DNA of 64,000 nt from Ranitomeya imitator (GCF_032444005.1 NC_091286.1:18414001-18478000); one strand, 5' to 3'. Positions 1 through 13,384 are shown, counted from the stretch's first letter. Program-made: numbers and translations. The notes: generated from the sequence alone by a model not told the origin.

Positions 1-3000
1 CCAGGAGAGGTGTAATGTGGAGAATGGATGGTGGAAGCCTGAGACCTACAGCCAGGAGAGGTGCAATGTGGAGAATGGAGGCTGGAAGCCTGAGACCTAC
101 AGCCAGGAGAGGTGTAATGTGGAGAATGGAGGCTGGAAGCCTGAGACCTACAGCCAGGAGAGGTGTAAAGTGGAGAATGGATGCTGGAAGCCTGAGACCT
201 ACAGCCAGGAGAGGTGTAATGTGGAGAATGGATGGTGGAAGCCTGAGACCTACAGCCAGGAGAGGTGTAATGTGGAGAATGGAGGCTGGAAGCCTGAGAC
301 CTACAGCCAGGAGAGGTGTAATGTGGAGAATGGATGGTGGAAGCCTGAGACCTACAGCCAGGAGAGGTGTAATGTGGAGAATGGATGGTGGAAGCCTAAG
401 ACCTACAGCCAGGAGAGGTGTAATGTGGAGAATGGATGGTGGAAGAATAAGACCTACAGCCAGGAGGGGTGTAATGTGGAGAATGGAGGCTGGAAGCCTG
501 AGACCTACAGTCAGGAGAGGTGTAATGAGGAGAATGGAGGCTGGAAGCCTGAGACCTACAGCCTGGAGTGGTGTAATGAGGAGAATGGAGGCTGGAAGCC
601 TAAGACCTACAGCCTGGAGTGGTGTAATGTGGAGAATGGATGCTGGAAGCTTGAGACCTACAGTCAGGGGAGGTGTAATGAGGAGAATGGAGGCTGGAAG
701 CCTGAGACCTACAGCCAGGAGAGGTGTAATGAGGAGAATGGAGGCTGGAAGCCTGAGACCTACAGTCAGGGGAGGTGTAATGAGGAGAATGGAGGCTGGA
801 AGCCTGAGACCTACAGCCAGGAGAGGTGTAATGAGGAGAATGGAGGCTGGAAGCCTGAGACCTACAGCCAGGAGAGGTGTAATGAGGAGAATGGAGGCTG
901 GAAGCTTGAGACCTACAGCCGGGAGAGGTGTAATGAGGAGAATGGAGGCTGGAAGCCTGAGACCTACAGTCGGGAGAGGTGTAATGAGGAGAATGGAGGC
1001 TGGAAGCCTGAGACCTACAGCCAGGAGAGGTGTAATGTGGAGAATGGATGCTGGAAGCCTGAGACCTACAGCCAGGAGAGGTGTAATGTGGAGAATGGAT
1101 GCTGGAAGCATGAGACCTACAGCCAGGAGAGGTGTAATGTGGAGAATGGATGCTGGAAGCCTAAGACCTACAGCCAGGAGTGGTGTAATGTGGAGATTGA
1201 ATGGTGGAAGCCTGAGACCTATAGCCAAGCGTGGTGTAATGAGGAGAATGGATGGTGGAAGCCTGAGACCTACAGTCAGGAGAGGTGTAATGTGGAGAAT
1301 GGATGGTGGAAGCCTGAGACCTACAGTCAGGAGAGGTGTAATGAGGAGAATGGATGCTGGAAGCCTAAGACCTACAGCCTGGAGAGGTGTAATGTGGAGA
1401 ATGGATGGTGGAAGCCTGAGACCTACAGCAAGAAGAGGTGTAATGAGGAGAATGGAGGCTGGAAGCTTGAGACCTACAGTCAGGGGAGGTGTAATGAGGA
1501 GAATGGAGGCTGGAAGCCTGAGACCTACAGTCAGGGGAGGTGTAATGAGGAGAATGGAGGCTGGAAGCCTGAGACCTACAGCCAGGAGAGGTGTAATGAG
1601 GAGAATGGAGGCTGGAAGCTTGAGACCTACAGCCAGGAGAGGTGTAATGAGGAGAATTGAGGCTGGAAGCTTGAGACTTACAGTCGGGAGAGGTGTAATG
1701 AGGAGAATGGAGGCTGGAAGCCTGAGACCTACAGCAAGTAGAGGTGTAATGTGGAGAATGGAGGCTGGAAGCCTGAGACCTACAGCCAGGAGTGGTGTAA
1801 TATGGAGAATGGATGGTGGAAGCCTGAGACCTACAGCCAGGAGTGGTGTAATGTGGAGAATGGATGCTGGAAGCCTGAGACCTACAGCCAGGAGAGGTGT
1901 AATGTGGAGAATGGAGGCTGGAAGCCTGAGACCTACAGCCAGGAGAGGTGTAATGAGGAGAATTGAGGCTGGAAGCTTGAGACTTACAGTCGGGAGAGGT
2001 GTAATGAGGAGAATGGAGGCTGGAAGCCTGAGACCTACAGCCAGGAGAGGTGTAATGTGGAGAATGGATGCTGGAAGCATGAGACCTACAGCAAGTAGAG
2101 GTGTAATGTGGAGAATGGAGGCTGGAAGCCTGAGACCTACAGCCAGGAGTGGTGTAATATGGAGAATGGATGGTGGAAGCCTGAGACCTACAGCCAGGAG
2201 TGGTGTAATGTGGAGAATGGATGCTGGAAGCCTGAGACCTACAGCCAGGAGAGGTGTAATGTGGAGAATGGAGGCTGGAAGCCTGAGACCTACAGCCAGG
2301 AGAGGTGTAATGTGGAGAATGGAGGCTGGAAGCCTGAGACCTACAGCCAGGAGTGGTGTAATGTGGAGAATGGATGCTGGAATCCTGAGACCTACAGTCA
2401 GGAGAGGTGTAATGTGGAGAATGGAGGCTGGAAGCTTGAGACCTACAACCTGGAGATGTGTAATGTGGAGAATGGAGGCTGGAAGCCGGAGACCTATAGC
2501 CAGGAGTGGTGTAATGTGGAGAATGGCTGCTGGAAGCCTGAGACCTACAGCCAGGTGTGGTGTAATGAGGAGAATGGAGGCTGGAAGCCTGAGACCTACA
2601 GCCTGGAGAGGTGTAATGTGGAAAATGGATGCTGGAAGCCTGAGACCTACAGCCTGGAGAGGTGTAATGTGGAGAATGGAGGCTGGAAGCCGGAGACCTA
2701 CAGCCAGGAGTGGTGTAATGTGGAGAATGGATGCTGGAAGCCTGAGACCTACAGCCAGGAGTGGTGTAATGTTTAGAATGGATGCTGGAAGCCGGAGACC
2801 TACAGCCAGGAGTGGTGTAATGAGGAGAATGGATGGTGGAAGCCTGAGACCTACAGTCAGGAGAGGTGTAATGTGGAGAATGGATGGTGGAAGCCTGAGA
2901 CCTACAGCCAAGCGTGGTGTAATGTGGAGAATGGATGGTGGAAGCCTGAGACCTACAGTCAGGAGAGGTGTAATGAGGAGAATGGATGCTGGAAGCCTAA

Positions 3001-3476
3001 GACCTACAGCCTGGAGTGGTGTAATGTGGAGAATGGATGGTGGAAGCCAGAGACCTACAGACAGGAGAGGTGTAATGTGGAGAATGGATGGTGGAAGCCT
3101 AAGACCTACAGCCTGGAGAGGTGTAATGTTTAGAATGTATGCTGGAAGCCTGAGACCTACAGCCAGGAGTGGTGTAATGTTTAGAATGGATGCTGGAAGC
3201 CGGAGACCTACAGCCAGGAGTGGTGTAATGAGGAGAATGGATGGTGGAAGCCTGAGACCTACAGTCAGGAGAGGTGTAATGTGGAGAATGGATGGTGGAA
3301 GCCTGAGACCTACAGCCAAGCGTGGTGTAATGTGGAGAATGGATGGTGGAAGCCTGAGACCTACAGTCAAGAGAGGTGTAATGAGGAGAATGGATGCTGG
3401 AAGCCTAAGACCTACAGCCTGGAGAGGTGTAATGTTTAGAATGGATGCTGGAAGCCTGAGACCTACAGTCAGGTGA
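1..3476. repeat. 51-bp minisatellite array (~68 copies, runs off window start), inside the PCARE intron
   Basis: Unit AGGAGAGGTGTAATGTGGAGAATGGATGGTGGAAGCCTGAGACCTACAGCC repeats with point variants; the ORF track shows a 17-aa periodicity (51 nt). Confidence 0.97.
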
Positions 3477-3525
3477 TTTAGGCTAGATTGTGCTCTACAA
3501 AGTAGATATGAAACCCTATAAAGAA

Positions 3526-4881
3526 GTAACATAGTAACATAGTTAGTAAGGCCGAAAAAAGACATTTGTCCATCCAGTTCAGCCTATATTCCATCATAAT
3601 AAATACCCAGATCTACGTCCTTCTACAGAACCTAATAATTGTATGATACAATATTGTTCTGCTCCAGGAAGACATCCAGGCCTCTCTTGAACCCCTCGAC
3701 TGAGTTCGCCATCACCACCTCCTCAGGCAAGCAATTCCAGATTCTCACTGCCCTAACAGTAAAGAATCCTCTTCTATGTTGGTGGAAAAACCTTCTCTCC
3801 TCCAGACGCAAAGAATGCCCCCTTGTGCCAGTCACCTTCCTTGGTATAAACAGATCCTCAGCGAGATATTTGTATTGTCCCCTTATATACTTATACATGG
3901 TTATTAGATCGCCCCTCAGTCGTCTTTTTTCTAGACTAAATAATCCTAATTTTGCTAATCTATCTGGGTATTGTAGTTCTCCCATCCCCTTTATTAATTT
4001 TGTTGCCCTCCTTTGTACTCTCTCTAGTTCCATTATATCCTTCCTGAGCACCGGTGCCCAAAACTGGACACAGTACTCCATGTGCGGTCTAACTAGGGAT
4101 TTGTACAGAGGCAGTATAATGCTCTCATCATGTGTATCCAGACCTCTTTTAATGCACCCCATGATCCTGTTTGCCTTGGCAGCTGCTGCCTGGCACTGGC
4201 TGCTCCAGGTAAGTTTATCATTAACTAGGATCCCCAAGTCCTTCTCCCTGTCAGATTTACCCAGTGGTTTCCCGTTCAGTGTGTAATGGTGATATTGATT
4301 CCCTCTTCCCATGTGTATAACCTTACATTTATCATTGTTAAACCTCATCTGCCACCTTTCAGCCCAAGTTTCCAACTTATCCAGATCCATCTGTAGCAGA
4401 ATACTATCTTCTCTTGTATTAACTGCTTTACATAGTTTTGTATCATCTGCAAATATCGATATTTTACTGTGTAAACCTTCTACCAGATCATTAATGAATA
4501 TGTTGAAGAGAACAGGTCCCAATACTGACCCCTGCGGTACCCCACTGGTCACAGCGACCCAGTTAGAGACTATACCATTTATAACCACCCTCTGCTTTCT
4601 ATCACTAAGCCAGTTACTAACCCATTTACACACATTTTCCCCCAGACCAAGCATTCTCATTTTGTGTACCAACCTCTTGTGCGGCACGGTATCAACGCTT
4701 TGGAAAAATCGAGATATACCACGTCCAATGACTCACCGTGGTCCAGTCTATAGCTTACCTCTTCATAAAAACTGATTAGATTGGTTTGACAGGAGCGATT
4801 TCTCATAAACCCATGCTGATATGGAGTTAAACAGTTATTCTCATTGAGATAATCCAGAATAACATCCCTCAGAAACCCTTC
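3526..4881 (-). mobile_element. CR1-clade LINE, 5'-truncated (RT C-terminal part + 3' UTR + TTACTATG-type tail)
   Basis: ORF 3632..4687 has PQGSVLGP and FADD RT motifs. The 3' end has (GTAACATA)n on the + strand. It has a 1-nt deletion near 4695 relative to the copy at 42894-45608. Confidence 0.95.
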
Positions 4882-5751
4882 GTGAATTTGTATGTTGCAT
4901 CTTTATAAATCCAACTGTAAAAACTATTTTTTTTCCCTAAATGGAGGCTTGCCAAATACAACTTTGTGGATTTGCACAACTTTGTGGTTCTGCACAAGGT
5001 AGAGCCATATTATGGCCATGAGCATGAGGTGTTATGACAACCACATAGTTGTCTATGACTGCGCACTCCTCCCATCACCATGTGGTTTTTAATTGCATCT
5101 CATCACACTTGGTCCCGGTCAACCCATATGTAGGCTTTGCTGAACAGAGGTGTCCACATTTACCCAGGCATACAGACATTGGCCTTCGGTAAGTGATCAC
5201 ATTTGGACAGGGAGATCAGGGACCCATCAGTTTTATGAGACCACCTTGACGATTGGTTGATGGGCTCACACTATTCGATTATATCAAATTCTGTGCAAAG
5301 CGTCTCTTAAATATTTTCCTAATGTTCAAAAGCCATTTTGCTATTCATATTTCATATATTTCATATTAGACATGCTTTTGCACGATAGAGTGCAACCTTT
5401 TTTGTATATATATATACTTATGTATCATGTCATAGACAGTTTAAAGGGAGCCCGTCACTAACCAGCTTCTTTCAGCTTCACGCCAAGCGATTGACAGATC
5501 TCTCCCCATAGTGAGAGACCTATTAATTACCTGGAAATTCCAAATCTAATCTCTCTCTATGGTTCTCAGCTGCATTTTCTGCATATTTTTTCTCTGAAAT
5601 ATTTCAGATATACTTGGCTGCAATCATGCAGCCATGCCTTAATCCATGGTTTGGGTAGCATTAATCAGCTGACAGGTTCCCTTTAAGGAAGACATTACAG
5701 AGACATCCTATTGTAGGTTTGTACCACTAATATATTAAATTTATGTCTTAC

Positions 5752-8700
5752 CTGTTTTGCTGAAAAGTGAGTTCACTAACTGCATTAGCAGAGATGGATG
5801 TTGGAAGTCGTAGCTGAACTCTTTGAACTCTTGGTCTTCGGTCAGAATACGACCTCCGAACAAAAGGTTGAGGGTTTGCTGCACTCATTGACACTCTTCT
5901 CTGTGGGTCATTGTTCTGTCGAAGAGAGAAAGTGTGCCTCAAAACAGGACTCTCAACTTGATCCAAAACAGTGGCTGAATTAGATGAAGACTTGGCTTCA
6001 AATAAGTTAGAAGATGATGGGCAAAATATTGACTGTGCATTGCCAACCATTTTTGAAGAAACTTGTGTGTCCTCAGAATTGCGTCTTAATCCTGTAGGGG
6101 ATGGAGAAACTGGAGGAGAGGGTGTAGAATGAGAAGGGGAGCTAGACTGCTGATGAGTTTGTGGAGGGCTTGGTAACCTCCGATGACTTGGAGGGCTTTG
6201 TTGGCTTCGTATTTGAGGGGGAGTTGGTAGCTTACGTTGACTTGGTGGACTCTGTAGCTTTCGTATTTGAGGGGGGCTTGGTTGTATAAATTGGCTTGAT
6301 GGACTCTGTTGTCTTGCTATGTGGGGAGGACTTGATTGCCTTTGTTGGATTGATGGACTCTGTTGTCTTTGTAATTGAGGGGGACTTGGTAGTCTACGTT
6401 GGCTTGGTGGACTCTGTTTTCTTTGTATTTGAGGGGGACTTGGTAGGCAGCGTTTGCTTGGTGGACTCTGTTTTCTTTGTATTTGAGGGCTTTGCAGACA
6501 ACGTTGGGCTGGTGGACTTTGTGGTTTTCGTATTTGAGGGGGGCTTTGTAGGGTATGTTGGCCTGGTGGACTCTGCTGTCTTCTTACTTGAGGTTGACTT
6601 GATAGCTTACGTTGGGATGGGGGGTTAGCTAGCAACTTCTCATTAGAAGGACTTGATTCTTTTGGAACATTTGTGTTGGACGTTTTCTGGAGAACATTCC
6701 TGATAGTTGGTGGACTTGTTAGTTTTCTATCAGTTGGTAGAGATGAAGCCGCAGGTCTTGTAGGAGAACGTTTTCTTACGACTTCACTTCTCTGTAAGGT
6801 AGTAGAAAATTGTTTTGATTTAACCATGGATGCAACAGTACATGTCTCACTATTATCTTTGTCAGGGTTTACACCTTCACCATCACCAGGATTCTGCAAA
6901 TGAATTATTTTATGCGATTGTTTATACAAGTCAGCAGTCTGTTCTGTTTCATGCTTTTTCTGAAGGTCCATACATACTTTCTTATTGTTAGAAATTTGAT
7001 CAGATTGTAAAGAGTATTTTCTAATTCCATTAACAGCCCCATCTTTTGACAAGTATATATTGGTAATATTTTTGCTTGGTAACACATTTTTTATATTCAC
7101 TGAGGTCTTCATTTTTTGAGACATGGATGGCTTCATTGGGCAAGGGAAACATGCATTTTTCTCCAGCTCATTAGCCGAGAGCATGTTGAAGGAATCATCC
7201 ATAAGTATTTCGAGGGGAGGAGGTGGCAAATTCTCAAAGTCTTCAGTTCCAGATTCATTTGTATCATCTCTGGCAGAATCATAAAGTTTTGAAGATAAGA
7301 ATGAATCAGTTGTAACGCATTCATTTGGATTCATTTCTCTTGCTGTGATATCCAAAGGTTGTAATCTTTTATAAGCCAAAATTGTGGGAGGAAAGACAGG
7401 AATTCCAAATTTTCTAACACATCTAAGAGGTCCCAGAGTTTTCACATTTGTGTTTTTTATGGTGTCATCATCCACTGGGCTAAATGTTTGGATAAGTTTT
7501 CGAACAGACTTCCGTGGAGATGCATTTACGATGTCCAGCTTTCTCTCTGCCAAAGGAAACTTTTCTTCTGCCTCGGCATCTTGTGTATTTGAAGTTTCTA
7601 ATACCTGAGTTATTGGTTCAATATTTGAGTCCCCTGCTGTATTCATGTCAATTTTTCTTATGGCAACTTGTTCTTGACTTGGCAAGATATTAAAACTTTT
7701 AGCAAGGCAGGCCTTTAGTTTGTTGGTGGATAAATTATTGCTAGAGATTATGCAACCAGCATGTGAAAAAGACTTAATAGTTGAGTTTTGGGTTTTGTGT
7801 GTGATTTTTGAAGTTGAGTATAGTTGTTCTAACTTTTTGCTGAGTTCCTTCTGTGTTCTTTGAAGTTCTAATAGTGTGGGATCCTCAGCTTGACTTCTAA
7901 GTGATTCTGCCGATCGAGACCTTCTGTGATTAGAGGTTCTTCTGTTACTTCCATCTGCAGTACGGGGCCTCACAATGTCAGTATTCACTTCTTCTCTGGT
8001 CCAAACATCGCATACCGAATTACCAGGAACAAACTTGATCTTTTCACTAATGGCTTCTTTCATTTTCAACGTCATCTCTTCATTTTTTGGGTTCTCTAAC
8101 CATTTGGATGGTGATTTATAAAGAACCATACCTGCTGGAGAAGTTAAGGGTCTTGGTGTTAAGGTGACCTGGCTTGATAAACTTATATTATCTTCACTTT
8201 CATCACAACTATCATCACTGCTAGTTGCTTCCTCAGATTCGGGATCAAGTGTGCTATCTTCTCCTAAAGTAGCAGTGGTTGCTAGTGAGGTCAATGAAGG
8301 GCTTCTTGACATACTAGTTTGCACTGAAATACCATAACTGTTTTTTTGCGTCCCAGTTGAGTGATAAGTATTTTCTTTTTGGGCAGATGTGCTCTTCAGA
8401 TTAAGATCAAGGTCAGAAATCTTGTATTTATCGGTTGAGACTTGTGGTATTAGAATTTCACTTGAATCAATGCTTGACTTTCTTCCCATCTTATCAGGGG
8501 ATCTATATCCTCTCATCGATTCCGAATCACCACCAATTCCACTGTCTTCAGAATAAAGAGTTGAATCATTTGGAAGCCGCTGTGTAGGTCCTGTTGCTGA
8601 ATCTTCCAGAGATTTGATCATCTTTAGGAGGCGCTCATCACAGTGTTCCTTATGATTCAACTTTTCCTGAAATTTGTCCATACCTGATTGAAATAAATTG

Positions 8701-9542
8701 CAGGTATCCTGGAAGGCTACGGTTGTCAGAGAAGATACTGTACCATTTAGGGATTGCATTTTATTAATTGTATATTGCAGCAATTGTTGCAGTAAATCTG
8801 GCTTTTCTGCAGGGTCTCCTTTTCCTACAGGCCAAGTGAGGTCGCCCCCTACAGCTTTTAAAAGTTTTTCTCCATCTTCTGCGATTTCTTGCAAGCATTG
8901 ATTGATATCATCGTATCTCAGGGCCATGAAGCTAATCATCTGCTGCATGATAAGTTGAGTCTGGGTCACTTGGTTTGCCATAGAAATCACAGCTTCATAT
9001 TTTGAGAGATTAGGGTTGAGGAATGCATACGCATCCTGGTGAGCCTTAACGAGCTCTTCTGGGAAATCAACCTTTTTTTCTACGTCAACATAAACTGCTT
9101 GGTCTGTTTTTGCACGTCGACTATGTTTACCAACCCTTTGGCTTCTTGACTTCCTATTTCTTCTTGAATTTCCACCTGGTTGCACTGTTCCCGGGGTTTC
9201 TTGCTCTGAACCAGTTGAACTATGTTTTCGGAGAGTTTTCCTTTTCTGGTATTTTAAATTAACCATTGATTCATCAGCGGTGCCAAGTTTTTCATGATCA
9301 GTAAAGGATCCATTATGAGAAAGTTCAGATAAGCAATCGGAAACAATTTTCTCCTGCTGACGAGTCTCTTTTTGCAACCCCTCTTTCTGCTTGATTTCTT
9401 CATTTTTAATGTCCAAACTGGGGACTGTAATTCCATTGATTTCATATTCAGGAGGAAGAAGGGCCTTGTTTTTATCGATTGGCTTGGTGGCACTTTTTGC
9501 AAGGTTATAAATGATTCCATTATGAGAAGGTGAACAGCCCAT
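5752..9542 (-). CDS. PCARE: PCARE (C2orf71, photoreceptor cilium actin regulator), large first coding exon
   Basis: 1264-aa ORF starting MGCSPS (G2/C3 acylation motif). Conserved blocks: KVDFPEELVKAHQDAYAFLNPNLSKYE, EDSGIGGDSES, LKMKEAISEKIKFVP, ENLPPPPLEILMDDSF, SVFCPxxxxLFEAK-like and NPQPFVRRSYSDRRP. The ORF ends at a phase-2 donor CAG|GTAAG (5752/5751). It lies next to CLIP4, as in human. Confidence 0.95.
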
Positions 9543-9779
9543 TCTGTAATTTTATATGTATAAGTTCAGCAAATAAATAAATAGTCCTTACATTTAGGCT
9601 TGGTCCTAGAATCTGATGCTCCAAGATGAGGCTCCATTTTCTCAAAGATGAAAAAATAGTCTCCTTTGTATTGGTTTCAAAATAGAAAATAAATAGTAAT
9701 GCAATACGCTTCTCAGCAGCTGCAAACCAGCAGAACAGCTCCGGTGGCTATAGATAGACGTCTCTCTGTGTTTCTCCAC

Positions 9780-9840
9780 TCTTTCCATTGACAGATGTCA
9801 AGTGCAAATAGGATTTGGAGCTTACTGGATTAAACATACT
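9780..9840 (-). promoter_or_regulatory. Candidate photoreceptor-type regulatory motifs upstream of PCARE
   Basis: TTAATCC (CRX/OTX-type) at 9827-9833 on the minus strand. A CAGATG E-box sits inside the palindrome TTGACAGATGTCAA (9788-9801). Motif match only. Confidence 0.3.
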
Positions 9841-10889
9841 TTATCTGACGAGCAACTATCTTTCTTCGGAAGAAACAACACAACAATTACATTATTTCAA
9901 TGTCGTCTTCTACATTTTCTGCAGAGGTAAGTTTTACCATAAGAAATTAAACCAGACTAATTCCGAATCTCAAAGAATAAAAGATTCTTTTCAGCATCTT
10001 CTTGGGCAACTGAGAGACTGCATCCAATTTAATGCAAAATTCCTATAAATGCAAAGTATTTACTGTACAGCTCAAGGTAGCTTTTTAAGGATAGCTTTAC
10101 CATTTTTTAAAGGTAGCTTTTTGGTTGCCAGCTCTACCTTTGGACTCACTGCAGGGCTGATGCACACAGTGTTTTGTAGCTTTTTATGCCGCAGCTAGAT
10201 GGTACTCCTACCCTTCCTGATGCAGTCATTTCTTTCGCTTTCTTGTCGTTCAAGAGCAAAAACTCCTTTTTCATTCAACATGAGGGTTTATTTTTTTGCG
10301 AGATGAGATGTCCAATACTAAAATTTACTTATAAATCAAATATATGTAGAAAAGAAAATATATCATCTCATGCAGTGAAATCGAAAAAAAAAAAATTATA
10401 TATATATATATACTGTATATAGTGCAAGATGGCCGCTGGAGGGGAGATATGTGTAACAGTGGCTGCTAGCTGCGGTGATGTGAGCTCGGAAGTATGCTCC
10501 CACACATATAGTGCTGAGAGAATTGTTTGGGCCGCTCCAGGGCCGGGTTTTACGAGTGGTCATGAGATGGGTGGGAATGACCACTCACATATTCCCAGCC
10601 CCAGGGGCATAGTCTGGCAGATAAAATGGAGGCCGAGTCTCTCATTCAGTGGCGGTGGCTGGAGGTGTGGAGACCTCCAGAGTGTTGTCAAAGACACTGA
10701 CCTGAGCGGGCGGACCCGCAGTGCTATATGGACTCTTTACTTGCAGTTTGTGTTCACCTTCAGTCTATGACCTGAGCGGGCACAATGCCATATGGACTAT
10801 TTTTTCCTGTTTGTTTTCACTTTGTTCCGGAAAAGGCTGTTCGTTTGTTTTTCTATCCAGAGCAGTTTATGCAGTTTTAATAAACTTGC

Positions 10890-11620
10890 TTGCTCTCTTC
10901 GTACGGTAGAAAGTAGGTAAGTTGTAGCTTGGTGATCTCTGATGACAGTGACAGGTCTGGCTTTAATATTTCTATAATTGATTTGTTTGTTCTTCATGCC
11001 ATCTACTGTATTGATAACATCCTTCTCCAGCATTGATTCATCTTCTGTCTTGTTTTTGTATCGTCCAGGTTTCGCATCCATAAGTTGCTACAGAAAAGAC
11101 CAGACTATGTGCGAGTAGTGTTTTCATCGCCAGTGAACTGTTCTTTGATTTGAAGACCTTGTCCAGTGACTTCATTCATGATTTGCCCATAACGATTCTA
11201 CTATTGACTTCCGGTGTCGTCGCTGCGTCTTGAGTGGTCATGGATTCGAGTAGGTTGAAGTCCTTTACAACTTTCAGTTTGTCACCGTCCATCTCAAATG
11301 TGTCCAGGTCGTACCTGGCAGTAGTCATTATCTTTGTCTTCTTTGCATTGAATAGGAGTCCTATCTTCAAGCTTTCCATCTTAAAATTCCATAATAAGTC
11401 CTTCATTTCATCTACGCTTTTTACTATCAATGTTGTATCATTTTCATATTTAAGATTGTTGACGATTCGCCCAGCAATTTTGATTCCGTCTTTTTCGGCA
11501 AGTCCAGCCTTCCTGAAAATAGCTTATACATATAATTTGATAAGAAATGGTGACAGGATGCCGTCTGACGCCTCGCTCTACTTTGAACCATGTTGTGCCA
11601 CCGTGTTCCGTTCGGACTGT
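10890..11620 (-). mobile_element. Degenerate RTE-clade LINE fragment (RT C-terminus)
   Basis: Minus-strand frames read WFKVERGVR...GIKIAGRIVNNLKYENDTTL (decayed YADD) and ESLKIGLLFNAKKTKIM; frameshifted. Confidence 0.8.
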
Positions 11621-12732
11621 TGCTTCTTGGTCACTGTGTTCCGTTACCACAGCAAAACAATTAGAAGCCGCTAGCAGCAGTACCACCAGCTCTTCAGGCA
11701 AAACCCCTCCTGGCGGTAGTAGTACAAAACGCAGGTCACATTGGCCTACCGTGTCTGTAAACCGACCATGTGCTGGCGTTTTTTTTCTTCATGTGTTTTT
11801 TTTTTTTCAGAAGAAGCCTATAGAGAAAAAATGCACCAAAACCGCAGAACTCAGCAGCGTCACAAGACCACAGAGGGCAAAGATTTCATGCTGCATATTT
11901 TCTGCTGCATTTTTTTTGCATAAAAATTCTGCTGGGTTTAACTGTCCAAGCAAAGTGGGTGTAATTTCATGAAAACTGCGCCCCCTGAGGTCTAAAGATG
12001 CCACTGAACTGCGCCGGCTATTAGAATTCATCAAACAGTATTTTTCATTAGTTAAAAGTTAAATATTTATCTATGCTCTCATCTCTCCACCTGTTTACAG
12101 GTGTTCTTGCTTTCCCTTTTCTTCTCCTCCTACCTCTTAAATGTTTTATATATAAGGTATCTTATATGTGTCTTGTAACCCCTTTCCTTTGCCTAAGATC
12201 AATAATTTCCTTCTATCCCTTTAATTTCTTCTTTTTTTTTAATAAACCGTTTTTCCTACCCCCCTTTTCATTATTGACCATTTCCACTCTATATCTTTCA
12301 TCCCTTTAACCACTTAATGACCAGGGGTATTTTTGGCTTTGCATCTTCATTTTTTGCTCCCCTTCTTCCCAGAGCCTTAACTTTTTTATTTTTCCATCAA
12401 TATGGCCATGTGAGGGCTTATTTTTTGAGGGACGAGTTGTACTTTTGAGTGACAACATTGGTTTGTAATGTACTAGAAAAAGGGAAAAAAATTCCAAGTG
12501 CGGTGAAATTGCAAAAAAAAGTGCAATCCCACACTTGTTTTTTTATTTGGCTTTTTCACTAGGTTCACTAAATGCTAAAAACGACCTACCATTATGATTC
12601 TCCAGGTCACTACGAGTTCATAGACACCAAACATGTCTAGGTTCTTTTTTATCTAAGTGGTGAAAAAAAAATCCAAAATTTGTTAAAAAAAAAAAAGAAG
12701 TTGCCAGTTTCCGAGACCTGTAGCGTCTCCAC

Positions 12733-13167
12733 TAGGGTTGAGCGACTTTTAGTTTTTTAGGGTCTCAAAAGTCGAGTCGAGTGAAATCGGCCGATTATGG
12801 CGAAAAGTCGGGGATCGACCGAAACACGAAACCCAATGCAAAGTCAATGGGAAATCTTTCTTTTTTTTCCCTCTCTCTCTCCCCTCCGTCCCTGAACAGA
12901 AAAGCTGGTGTTACACATTGCAAATCGTTACAGCGCACAAGCGACAAGATGGCGATAGGCGTCCACGCCCCTAAGACCTATGTCATCACTCTGCCTTCAT
13001 TGGCTGAAAAAATGGCGCCAAACGCGTCATACGAAACGCGATTTTGGCGCGAAGATCGCCGACCGAATGGCCGATCCCACACTAGGATCGGGTCGGGTTT
13101 CATGAAACCCGACTTTGCCAAAAGTCAGCGACTTTCGAATTTGTACGATCCGTTTCGCTCTAGCCTA
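12733..13167 (-). mobile_element. 435-bp non-autonomous hAT element (MITE) related to the hAT at 47001-55499
   Basis: TIRs TAGGGTTGAGCGA / TCGCTCTAGCCTA; perfect 8-bp TSD GTCTCCAC (12725-12732, 13168-13175). Both halves align by eye to the reverse-complemented ends of the large hAT. Confidence 0.93.
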
Positions 13168-13384
13168 GTCTCCACTTTTCAGGATCTCGGGTTGGGTTTG
13201 GGCTTATTTTTTGCGTGCCGATCTGATGTTTTTAATGATACCATTTTTGTGCAGATGTAATCTTTTGATCGCTCGTTATTGCATTTTATTGCAATGTTGC
13301 AGCGACCAATAAATATAATTCAGGCGTTACAATTTTTTGTCTCGCTATGCCGCTTTACTGATTTGATTATTTTTATATATTGAT

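Noticed and set aside
15-3476. 1153-aa ORF and overlapping ORFs as a novel repeat protein
   Set aside because: Pure translation of a 51-bp minisatellite with no unique flanking coding sequence, antisense within the PCARE intron; kept only as a low-interest finding.
4882-5751. PCARE terminal exon
   Set aside because: No acceptor plus frame resembling the conserved C-terminus was found; it presumably lies beyond the window start.
9543-9585. TTACAG immediately before the PCARE ATG as an acceptor for an upstream non-coding exon
   Set aside because: The pyrimidine tract is poor and I could not identify a convincing partner exon.
10890-11620. RTE fragment as a horizontally transferred BovB
   Set aside because: By eye the similarity to BovB RT is only family-level and the copy is decayed. 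A nucleotide search against BovB would be needed; high identity would reopen the question.
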